Assembly (NCBI GenBank): GCA_030390025.1
Contig: CM059443.1
Span: forward strand, 19,902,001 to 19,966,000
DNA length: 64,000 nt
Reading direction: 5' to 3'
DNA from: Squalus acanthias
Lineage: Eukaryota
Below the pieces are notes generated by a model. The model had not been told where the DNA came from. It made no database searches and saw only the letters and a program-made list of their open reading frames with translations. Positions 50,890-62,014 of the stretch are shown piece by piece. Each line of letters starts with the position of its first letter. Positions within the stretch are counted from its first letter, which is position 1. The position numbers were made by a program, and so were the translations under genes.

Positions 50890-51527
50890 CCAACCTGCAA
50901 AAAAAAACGTGCCCAGTTTGAGAGGCTGGCCGGCTGCCGGGCGGGAAAGCCAGCGATAGAAAGCTGCAACCCCGGCGGGGACCGTTGGGGATGGTCTCCC
51001 GGCAACTGGAAAAGATCACGGGTTGGTGGAGGATCTCGGAGCATGGCAGCTTGGAGTGAGGAAGGGAAAGATCAGGGCATAGTGGGAGTTGGGCATTAGA
51101 TTGCAGGGGTGGGGGTGAGGGTTGGCAGATCGCGGGGGAGAGGGGAGGCAGATCGCAGGGCGGGGGAGTCGGCAGATCGTGGATGGGTCGGCAGATTTCT
51201 ACAGAAGATTTGCTTGAGTGGCTGGGGGAAGCACTCCTGCTCCTCCTGGCCCATGAGCAGTGATCTGAAAAGTACTTACCCGCTGCACCGGAAGCTCCGC
51301 CTTCCTTTAGCTGCCAGGTTTCCCGAGCCCTGGGAAACCCGGCCAGCCACCGTTAAATTCAAATGGCTCCCAAAATCTGAGGAATAGAGCCTTATTTAAA
51401 TATCATAAACACAGACCCGCCTCTCCAGAGCGGGTTACTCCGACGCCCCCAAACCCACCACGGTTAAACCAGAAGTAGGTGCATTCACGGTGGTCTCGCC
51501 CGTCGTGAGGAGGTTAAAATTGCCCCC
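50890..51527. mobile_element. GC-rich TIR-type element (one clear terminus)
   Basis: CpG-rich block ending ggttaaaattgccccc, the reverse complement of a ggggcaattttaacc terminus; a similar start gggacaattttaacc occurs at 10123. The left end was not identified. Confidence 0.55.
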
Positions 51528-53923
51528 AATCTGCTTCCCTCAAGGATATATCCTGGAAAGTCCTCCATGTTTGTCTCAGTCTTTTATAAATGTTAATCGG
51601 AATATAGAGCACCCTCTGGATCAATAAAAAAGATCAATACTGTTGATTGAACCCTACAGCACTTTGCAGATTGCAAGGACACTGCATTCTATTTAAAAAG
51701 TATCGATTTGTTTTGTCATTTTATTTCATGTCTGTGAGAGACAGCCAGTGCAAAGGAAAGGCTGTCTGGGATTCAGTTGATTAGAATTGGTCCGTAGTTC
51801 TGAATTCAGAGTAGGAGGAACTGTCTGGAACTGTGGTAGCTTTATATTTCCCATATTTGATAGAACAGATGATGAGAGAGAGTACAAAATGAATCTTATA
51901 CTGAGCTCCTGTGGGTGTGGGTACTCGCCTTCTTTATAAAATTCTCCCTTGAGTCGCCCAAAATTATTTTTTGATTGTCCCGTTAGTTTGTAAATCCTTC
52001 GATTTTTAAATTTTTTTCCCCCTCCAGCAATATCAAATGTCCTGCCTCAGCAGCCAGGGTTGCCTTTGTGCTCCTGTATCCCTTTACCCCGCATTGTTTA
52101 CTGAACTGCGCCACTGTAAGATCAGAACTATTTCTGTTTTCCCATCAGGTAAGATTGTAGTCTCAAAATCGGCAGAGATTTGTCTCAAAGCAAATTTAAA
52201 ATCAAACCTAAACACTGTGAGTAGGTGACTTCAAGTTTAATAACTTATAAAAGGAAATTAACTCAGGAAAAAAAAATCAGGCAAAATGGATAAGAAGGTG
52301 TGAATTTTACATTAATATTAGAGACTGGAAAAAAGATGTTAAATCTTAGATAAATGTTTGAGTTCATTCTTGCTGTTCAGTTCTGGACTGTATATTTATT
52401 CTAGTGCATATATAAATAATATTTGCATTTACATAGCACCTTTCACACTGAATCATTTCAAAGCACTTCACACAATTTTATTTTTGAAGTGGTTTGACTA
52501 TTTTGTAAATGTATGTTGTTTTCCAGTGCGCATTTCAGCATACAAGTTCTAATGAACCTTTCAGCCTCTCTTATGTTGGAATAGGGCATTTTGCACTGAT
52601 TAAAGCCCGAGATCCTTTATTCCAACAAGAAATAGACGGCAAGGTGGTTATAATTAAATTTCCATTTAAAAAGAAATGGGGCATTCGGAGCTCTCTTGTG
52701 AGACTGGTGTGTTCTTTAGGAATGAAGTCTTTTACTGTGCATTAACCAGGTTTTTGACAAATTGCATCATGTCATTTCAGGAACCTGTTAATGCATATAG
52801 TATTTGTATTAATGTTTGGCTTTGTTTTGTGTTAGTGCCTATGCTGACCCATGACTTCACAGTGCCAGGAATGACTCATCCGAAAAATGACAGAGAGAAA
52901 AAGGCCTACCAGTCCATCCAGCCTATCCCACACATTCAGGCCTTTCGTTATGGCTTTTGCAATATTTCTGACAGGAAGTTCTGCAGTTAGGAGATCAGTG
53001 GAGAATTTCTTAGATAGCAGACATTAAAAATATTTCAGACACTGACCAGATTTTAGAGGAAGAGATTATAATGTGGTATGGTGGAGGGAACTGTTTCTCA
53101 TCTGAACAGGACTTTTCTTCAGACCTGTATATAAACCAGTTAGAACTTATAGCAGGGGTACAAGTAACAGAATAATTTATTATCAAAATATCTGTAGGAC
53201 TACTAAGGTCTAAGTAAAAAATAAAGTGTCCCTATTGAAATGGGAGTGCTAATGTAAGTGAGCAGAGGGTTACTCTTTCCATTTCTTTTGAAGTGGCAGG
53301 AAATTCAGATATAATCTGATTTAGGAGCAAGTGCAGCAAATACAATAGACACATTGATTTTCAACTTAAACTTGTTCAAGCCAGACAAATGTTCTGTTTT
53401 ATGTCACTTCCCAAATTGCTTTGCAGGCAGTCTGTGGTGAAGCAGCCCTGGCTTTCTGCCTGGGAACAAGAACGGCAATGTGTCATTTATGTGACGTCAT
53501 ATGTAAGCGACACAATGTTCTTTGCAACCGATGTGCTTTGACACATGTTGCATTATTGTGTCTTGAATGTTTGGCAAACAAATGAAAAGAAGTTCCCATC
53601 ATATATCCACAAATACAGTGCCATTGAATGTCAGCTGAAGCGATTGTTTCAGAAACCATTGGCCTTTTAATGCAGAAATGTTTTATTGCCAGCACTTTAG
53701 TGCAAATTTTTCCTCAAGGGCAGAGGTGTGCTGACGGCGAGAGTCAGCCAGGAGTGCAGCGATAGCGGAGGACAACTGGGCACCCGCCAAAGTCACGTAA
53801 ATGAGTTGACCCCAGATGTTGTGGCGGGGTCAGGAGCAGGGATCAACAGTGTGCACTCTATCGCACTATACTGTCAGAGCAGTGCCGAGAATTGGTGGGG
53901 CCAGTGTTTATACAGTACAAATG

Positions 53924-53983
53924 AACAACAACAACTACTTGCATTTATATAGCGCCTAAAACGTAGTGAAACGTCCCAAAGCA
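53924..53983 (-). mobile_element. L2 3' tail fragment
   Basis: aacaacaacaactacttgcatttatatagcgcctaaaacgtagtgaaacgtcccaaagc. Confidence 0.85.
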
Positions 53984-56269
53984 CAGTCATCAATAAAGAG
54001 CTGTGGGACAATTCTATGATTTGGAGTGGGGGTGGGGGGGAATCACATGCCAAAAAGATTGGGGAAGAAACGAGTCCTCCTCATACTCCCACCTCCCCCA
54101 GCCCCCAACTGGATGCGTCTATAAAATGATGTGGTTGTAGTTGCACTAGATTTACTGCAGATTTTTTGTTTCTTTTGCCCTTTGATGTATGTCTTTGTTT
54201 ATCATAGAAATAAGGGACAAAAAGAAAGTTTCGGAAACCATGAGTTAATTTAAATTGGAATCAGTTAGCATCATCTTTGATTTCTGCATATATTTTCCAT
54301 AAAACAAAGGCTGAATGACTTGAGGTTTGCCTTTTTTTTTGTATTCCTGTTTATGCAGCTGGAACAGAATGATCTCATTCCGATTCAATCCCTGAATTGT
54401 CCATATCCAGTTTTATTTTTCTTGAACAAACTTTTGCGGAACGTATGACCCATTCTGAACTGCTGTCTGAATTCGGTTTGAATAAAGTACAAGCAACTTG
54501 CTTCACCCAAATCAGTCCCGGAGCTGATGTGGAGTGAATTCAGCACTGCTTAGGGTGCTCTTTCCCATTCATTTGATGCTAATTGTCCCATTTCCCTGTT
54601 TGTATTTAATTTGAATCAGCAACCTTTGTTTGCCACAAGTAGAAAGCATGGCAAAGAAACAGCATTGCAGAATTAACATATGCTTCAACTCCCAGCAAGT
54701 TAGATTGCACAATTTGCTCCTACATGCAAAGTTAGCCTCATTATACTTGGGCAACTTGCAAGCCACACATAGTGCTGGATGCATCAGTATTTAGAATAAG
54801 CTTAGTTTGGAAAGTGATGACCATTTGGATGAGAGGAAAAAATAAGAACTGCATAAAATTGTTCCTTTGGACCTGGGTACCTAGTTTCTCAGTTTTAGTG
54901 CCAATTTCAGAACCACAACTGTTACAATACAGAGCGGCAGCAGGTTAAAGCCTGCCTGCCTCCTCTGTTTCTTTAGCTATGGCAGACTGAGAGGGAGCCA
55001 CCCACAACTCAATTTTGTTTGAAGGTACATTGTTACAGCTCAGAAAACTCTGTTGCCACATGATTGAAAGCTGCGGCACTTCTTCTTGGTTCACTTACCA
55101 CGGCTATATTTCAAAAGCATTAAAAAATAAATTGTACAGAACACTATGCCCTGTGGTCCTCTTCCAAAGATTTTCATTAAAAATAGGGTGAGCACTTCTA
55201 AATTGTTAATTATTTGTGATATATATTTCCTTTATGCATATTATCAGGATGAGTCTGAGTCATCAGTTTCTAACTGTGCTATGCAGCACCAGCAGAAACA
55301 CCAACTTTACTCGAACTATTAGTCTGCCTGCAGTGTAACAGTCAAATAATGTAAGAGAATTAGAATGAATGCTAGTTTGTACTTTTCCTACTACGAGGTA
55401 TTTCTGCTTTTTTGTTCTACGTAACATTTGCCCAAGATGGTAGAATATAACATAAGCAACACAAAGGAATTCTGCTTGACTTTCCAAACACAAGCGCACA
55501 AGATTGAAGTAGAAAAAAAATCTTTGGAGTTTCCTGGTCTGCAGTTCTTGTTTTACAATCTCTTATTGCTGATAAAATCCTTCCCTCATAGTGAAGCAGA
55601 AAATAGAGACACAGCCTATACTACTCAACAGCTGAGAGTGACTCCTACCGCACACAGCTACACCATAGGAATAATATGGTTGCCTCCTTTTATATTAGGA
55701 GATCTTTGATTGCCGGACTTAGCCAATTATTACACTTTTCCCCAGCTCTTTTTATTTGAGGTCGCAGCAAAATATAGCTTCTGTCTTTCCTAAGATTACA
55801 AACGCTTACCTTTATGGGTGCTGTGAAGGGGAATAAAGTGCCCAGGATTGACAATTTTCTTTTTACTGGGTTATTTTGCATTTGAGGTTACAAAAACTGC
55901 CCTTCATGCACCCCTTTCCTCTCTGAAAGGAGGAAAACATCATGCTAACAGACTATGTTGTTCAGGCTAAAGCCTGGTGATTGAAATTATTTACAAGATT
56001 CAGATCTTGTAAATAATCTGAGGCAAAAGGAAAGCAGCAAGATTTATAGCAATACTAAAACACTGTGACCCGCCAGGTGGAACACAATGGTCTTGTCCCG
56101 CCTTGTACATTCCGATATTCCTGTATGTTTTTATGTAACTTTCACAGTTGCAGAATGGCCGTGCACGGTATTTATTCAAAAGGCTGTAATGGTATTCTGA
56201 GTGATGTGTAACACAGTGCAAGGAATCACTTTTTGTGACGTGCACACTTTGCCCATCTGCTTGGTGGCA

Positions 56270-56490
56270 TTACATTGGCTAATCGCTTTAGATACAAAAA
56301 CTTCTCTTGGCCTTTAAGAACGTATTTTACACATTGTGCCAACTCCTCCCAGGTGGCCTGGATCCCTTTCGTCTGGGAAGAAATCCCTGGAGTGCCAAAC
56401 AGGGCATCATTCCTTTTCCCCACTTTTTGCATGAGTACTTCAACTTCTGGATCTGTAAACTGGGTGTTCTCCCCTCAGTCTGCTCCATAA
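56270..56490 (-). pseudogene. Degraded Myb/SANT-like (Harbinger ORF2-type) remnant
   Basis: Minus frame reads FTDPEVEVLMQKVGKRNDALFGTPG..ATWEELAQCV..QEKFLYLKR. A TIR-like ggaaaatctgcccc lies at about 56744-56757. Confidence 0.65.
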
Positions 56491-56918
56491 TATAAATAAG
56501 AACAACAATTTTGCAAGCCTTTTCCCCCAGCCCAGTCTCCTGCAGCCTATTCAATGGCGGCAGAACTGGGTACCCTGCACCTGGATCTGCAATACTCCCA
56601 GTGACTGGCGGATTGCACACTGGGGACTCGCTGTGAGTCTGTCATTAGGACCAACATCAGCAGTTATGTCTGGGCCGGCCGTGTGCTATCGTGCAGATAC
56701 AAAGCCCACACTGCAAAGTTCTGGCTGCATCTCAGCACATCTTGGAAAATCTGCCCCAGTGTGTGTTGCGGACGGGTATTTAACTGACTATTTTAAAAAA
56801 GGAACAAAGAAAACTTTTTTTTTACCTTATGTATAACATTATCCAGGTCAAACTATGACTCAAGTAGGAAAAAGCTTTAGAGCTTTGACGTAATCATCCT
56901 AGCTGTGTTACATAACAC

Positions 56919-57289
56919 ATATAAGATACTGAGGGTGCTCGACAAGGTAGATGCAGAGAGGATGTTTCTCCTCATGGGGAAATCTATAACGCAGGGGCAC
57001 AGTTTTAGAATAAAGGGTCGCCCTTTTAGAACTGAGATGAGGAGGAATTTCTTCTCTCAGAGGGTCGTAAATCTGTGGAATTCTCTGCCCCAGAGAGCCG
57101 TGGAGGCTGGGTCATTAAATACATTTAAGGTGGAGATAGACAGATTTTTGCAAGATAGGGGAGTGAAGGGTTATGGGGAGCGGGCGGGGAAGTGGCTTTG
57201 AGCCCAAGATCAGCCATGATCTTATTGAATGACGGAGCAGGCTCGAGGGGCCAAGTGGCCTATTCCTGCTCCTATTTCTTATGTTCTTA
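56919..57289 (+). mobile_element. CR1 LINE 3' fragment
   Basis: YKILRVLDKVDAERMF..RVVNLWNSLPQRAVEA..GYGERAGKW, 3' tail cctatttcttatgttctta, TSD TAACAC at 56913-56918 and 57288-57293. Confidence 0.96.
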
Positions 57290-58664
57290 ACACTGTAAAC
57301 CCTGTGATGTAAATTGCAGGAATATATTCAAAATTGAGCCTGATAACTGAATTTGCTCTGAGATGTTATGCAAATTAACCTTTTATTAATTAAATGCTAG
57401 TGATTTTCCTTCTTTAGGAAATATGTCTGCTGCCAAACAAATCAAGGAATTTATATTCTTTCTATATTGTCCAGATTCATTTAGGATATGTTATGTTGAT
57501 TTACTATATGCTACATTACAGAAGTATCACTTAATGTACCCTACAGTTAATGACAAAAGTTTATCCAAATTATCCAAAAGCATTACTTGTTATGTAATCC
57601 CTGAGAGAAAAAGAAACTGGCATTGTCTTTTTTTAGGGAGAATCTTTGCATTGTTTAGGTAGCGCTGCAGTAATTAATCTAAAAATTTTCTACATGATAC
57701 TGGATGTGTGGAACCGGCTCCCAGAGAAGGTAGCTGATTCGAGGTCAGTTGACACCTTTTAAAAGGGAGCTGGGTCGATAGCTGTTGAGAAGGGCGATTC
57801 AGGGTTATAGAGGTATTAATAGCACCGCTTTATATTTTTAGGGGAGGTGTATGGAGCACACTAGTGCTGGGAATGGACAATTGCATGCAAGTGAAATTTA
57901 AAGGGGTGGGAACAGTAAAGGAAAATATCCTATAGGGTGGCAAAAATTCTGAAAGCCTGCTTTCAGGCCTCTGCATGCACTGATCGTCCGCCAGAGGGAA
58001 GTATGTTCGCCTCTGCCCGCAGATGTGGGCGTGCAGGTGTTGGCTGGTGGGCACAGAGCACTTCTCGTGCAGCCTGACTTTCTTGGCATCCTTTCAATGG
58101 TCAACCTCTGCTTCGAAATACATTCGATAAGGGGATTCCCCCTGATGAGCCCATTGATATTAGTAATGTGGCTGGGAGCAAAAAAAAATTAAAACAACTG
58201 GTACATAGACTCACGAGACCCTAATTGCCAGCAGAAAGAAAACTGAAGCAGAGGCATCGCAAAAACTGTTGAAGAAGTCTTCTTTACATATTCCACTCAG
58301 CACCGAGCAACTTTGGTTGTCCATTTATATTGGTGGCAATTAGAAGTGACATGCACCCAGCATAAACGTTGGTAAAGGCTGCAGAAGGCATTATTGTATC
58401 ACTTTCATGTCATTTGCACCTTCCTGCCTGTTTCAGGTGTGAGTTTTCAACCTTCACCTACTCACCCACTGGAAACACGTAACATGTGCAAAAGGGGCAG
58501 AGGTCACTGTTACAGGTTTCCACACCTGTTTCTGTGCCCTTACATTATGTGGAGTGACACACAGGGCGGTAACAGCAGGAACACCAGCCCCACCTCAAAG
58601 CTTTTGGAAAAACTTGTCATCCTGTATTTTATCCATACAGTTCATTTTCACAACATCATAAAAT

Positions 58665-59260
58665 AAATACAGATGGCGAAGGCCATTTGGCTCATCTCAA
58701 TTCATTCATCCAGAGAGATTCTAGTGTTCTCCCATTGTAGCATCCAATTGTTTGTTAAATGATTCCAGGGCTTTTGCCTCCACTACTCTGGAAGTCTATT
58801 CCATGTGTTGATCACTCTGTGTGAAGAATTTCATATTAGCCCTAATATTACCTTTTACTTGTTTGAACTTCTGCCCCCTTGTTCTCAGTTTAATTTAAAG
58901 TAATATTCCAGGATAACTTTTTCTATATCCTTAACAATCTTTTATACCTCTAAGTTCACCTCTCAGATGCCTCTTCTCTAGGCTGAAAAGCCGCAGTGTC
59001 TCCAATCTTTCTTCATAGCTCAGAACACTGACACTGAGAATGAGCCTTGTGACTTTTCTCTGCACTGCCTTCAGCATTTGAACGAGTCTCTTGTTTCTTG
59101 GTGACCAGGCTGGATGCAGTGTTCGAGGTGTGCTCTGACCAGAGCAGTGTACAGTTTCATCATTCCTGCCTCGGCCTTATATTCTATTATTTTGGCTATG
59201 TAGTTGCAAATCATGTTTACTGTGTTGATTGCTGTTCTGCATTGGTTGAACATGTTTCAA
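58665..59260 (-). mobile_element. Old CR1 3' fragment
   Basis: IEYKAEAGMMKLYTALVRAHLEHCIQ, EAVQRKVTRLI, SYEERLETLRLFSLEKRHLRGEL, FTQSDQHME-type decayed motifs. Confidence 0.8.
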
Positions 59261-60049
59261 TGATACTATTGCCTGGAAAATGGCTGTATTATGATGAGAC
59301 TTTCTGGCTAGCAAAGGACGAATGAAATCGATAAGTGCAAAGTACTAATTCATTGCTTAACATCCCATGTATGCTCGAGTAGGCTGCACCATCTATGCCA
59401 GCAAGGGAACGAGCTGGAGGACAATGGACAATCTGGAGTACATGGCATGTTAGTTAAAAAAAAAACTAACATCGAGACTTGCCTGTGACAGTATCATAAT
59501 ATAGGCTTCACTTTGGTTAGACGACAAAGGGTGTGTATTGTTTGAAATATATTTGGCAGCCGTTGTCCCTTGGTAAGTTATCACTCTTGGCAAAAGCTTG
59601 AGGAATGATACATAATACTTGGCCAAATTACCCCAGGATGTTTTCTGACAATTATTGGTTCCATGGACACAGGGAATTTGGCATTTTACTAGGATTCAAG
59701 GAGAACTAAGCCAATGTACGCCAAGTCTTTGGTGTGTATCTCACATACAAAAAAAAACTGCACTGACTTGGGCTCTCTGCTTGTATGCAGAATGCACTCT
59801 AATATAGCAAATGAGTCGTTACAATTGGAGTAAATGAAGAGATGCAGCTCTTCAATTACAGACTGTTCAGAGGCTTTCTGAGGTGCCACTGGCTCTGTTC
59901 TGAAGTCTTATTATTTAAACACTTCACTGCTGATGCTATAATGAGGTGTTCAATGCATTTTTTAACCAAATCATGTTATGATTTTTTTTAAATTGTTCAC
60001 TTGTTTCATCAGCAATTTAATGTTACACTTGGATACTTGTTATACCGTA

Positions 60050-60415
60050 AGTGTTTGTTAAGGTGAGGGATGTCGGTGATTGTTTTCCAATTTGGAATCA
60101 AGTAATGCCAGTTAACCAGATGCAGAGTAAGGCTCTTTGCGTTGCTGCAGTGTTCTGCACCAGGATGAACCCACCCCCTGCTCCCATTTTCCACACCAGG
60201 CATCTTTATAGATCCCTGAATGAGTTTTCCAATTTAGTACCAACTTGTGGGCAGTTTTGTGTTGTACGTACCGGAACTATGTTGAAGCTCTTCTACCTCA
60301 TTTCACTTTTGACCCTGACAGCTGACGGGGAGGTGAGTTTAATCTGGGCTGCATTCTGATCCAGGTCCCAGAGGTAAAAGGGTGGTGTGCTAGTCCAATG
60401 TGCCACCCAGTCCCC
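60050..60415 (-). mobile_element. tRNA-derived SINE, LF-SINE-like
   Basis: Reverse complement: ggggactgggtggcacattgg..ccttttacctctgggacctggatcagaatgcagcccag..gtgaaatgag..agttcc..cacaaaac..ttggtactaaattgg. These blocks match my recollection of the LF-SINE consensus in the same order. Confidence 0.72.
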
Positions 60416-60955
60416 TATCTCCCCCTCCCTCTCCTGCCCCACCCCCCACACTGATATTTTTACAGATGTGTGAAGAAATTTAATTCAATTTACATACTGC
60501 TTTGAATAATTCTATCTGGACGGGGAATCAGATAGTTTTAATTGAACAGGGTGCGAATTTAGTTAAATCTACTCCATGGTACAAGTAGTACATGCAGTTA
60601 ATACCCCAAGGCCCAGAAAGTAGGCTCTCCAAATATAAGCATACAAATGCTAAACACATTCATATGAAACTCCTTTATCCACTATTTTAATGGAGGCATT
60701 AAACCACTTACTTTAAACATGTTAGCATTTCCATTAAAACACCAAACAAAGGAATTTCATATGAATTCATTAAGCATTACGATAATAATATTCTAAGAAC
60801 CTTATGTGTGAACTTCTACTTCCCTTTAAAAGAGAGTTTTATAATTCCATTTTATAAAAGTTTGAAGTAGTTTGACTCAAACTGTTGAATCTTAGAGGAT
60901 AGATGCTGTTGTAAGACAATTGACTGTACCCTCCATTGTCACCTTTCATTGCACT

Positions 60956-61472
60956 GGGTTGCCTCCCAGTCGGGGAACACTTCAGCAGTCAGGGGCATTC
61001 AGCCTCGGATCTGCGGGTAAGCGTTCTCCAAGGCGGCCTTCGGGATACACGACAGCGCAAAATCATAGAGCAGAAACTGATAGCCAAGTTCCGCACTCAT
61101 GAGGATGGCCTCAATCGCGATATCGGGTTCATGTCACGATACAGAACGTGACTTGACATCATGGCCGGTCTTTCCAGGTGTTTTTTTTTTAAAAAAGACT
61201 AACACAAGAACCAACACAAATTGACAGGATATGCAGCCAGCAGGTGTTTTGACACGTTGGACCCCCTGGGACACATCTCATTGTCTTGGCTGTGCTCTTA
61301 GTGTGTCTTTGATGTAGGGAAAGATTTGAATAGATTTTTTCTGTGCTTATATTGTGAATTCTGGGAGATTCTCTCACAGCTACTCTACCTGAGGAAGGAG
61401 CGAACAGCTCCGAAAGCTTGTAAAATTAAATAAATCTGTTGGACTATAACCTGGTGTTGTGCGACTTCTCAT
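60956..61472 (+). mobile_element. 5'-truncated Penelope-like retroelement (GIY-YIG endonuclease C-terminus plus terminal repeat)
   Basis: LPVGEHFSSQGHSASDLRVSVLQGG..RQRKIIEQKLIAKFRTHEDGLNRD; terminal aaataaatctgttggactataacctggtgttgtg; perfect 12-bp TSD TTTCATTGCACT at 60944-60955 and 61473-61484. Confidence 0.92.
61386..61422 (+). ncRNA. Minimal type-I hammerhead ribozyme motif (Penelope-associated)
   Basis: tac-CTGAGGA-a-ggagc-gaaca-gctcc-GAAA-gctt-gta: core CUGANGA/GAAA, a 5-bp stem II, a palindromic AAGCTT stem III and a tac/gta stem I. Confidence 0.75.
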
Positions 61473-61907
61473 TTTCATTGCACTTGACACTGAAACCTGG
61501 TTATGTTGACTCTTTGTACTTTAGGGTAAATTCACCGGGGTCCTCAGCTTCCACCAGAGAGTCGTGCTCAAAGCAAGTATGAATTGGAGAATCAGTACTA
61601 TAGTGGTGTAGTCCTATCCCTCATTTGTACTGCCTTTGAAATAGCTCCCTGCTCAGAGTGCTAAATAGGTGAAATACCATTATGCATCATAAACAACAAG
61701 AAAACAACTATTAAGATAACACTTAAAAATAAACACACTGCGATATTTGAGGGAAAGCAATCCGAATCATTTATTTCTACTCTTGTCTTGCTGGTAATGT
61801 CACAGGAAGTCCATCACCTGCACTGTAATTGGTTTAATAGTAGAAGTAGACCGGCAGGAATTGCCACTGGTGCTACAGATATTCTGATCAGCTTGAACCA
61901 TCCAGAT

Positions 61908-62014
61908 AAAGGAAAGAACTTGTATTTATGTAGCGCCTTTCATGACATCAAGACATCCCAAGCGGCTTTACAGCCAATGAAGTACTTTTCAAGCGTAGTC
62001 ATTTGTAATGTAGG
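61908..62014 (-). mobile_element. DeuSINE 3' tail
   Basis: aaagaacttgtatttatgtagcgcctttcatgac..ctttacagccaatgaagtactttt. Confidence 0.85.

Noticed and set aside
58131-58185. cCTGATGAg as another hammerhead core
   Set aside because: There is no stem II closed by GAAA downstream and no Penelope context.
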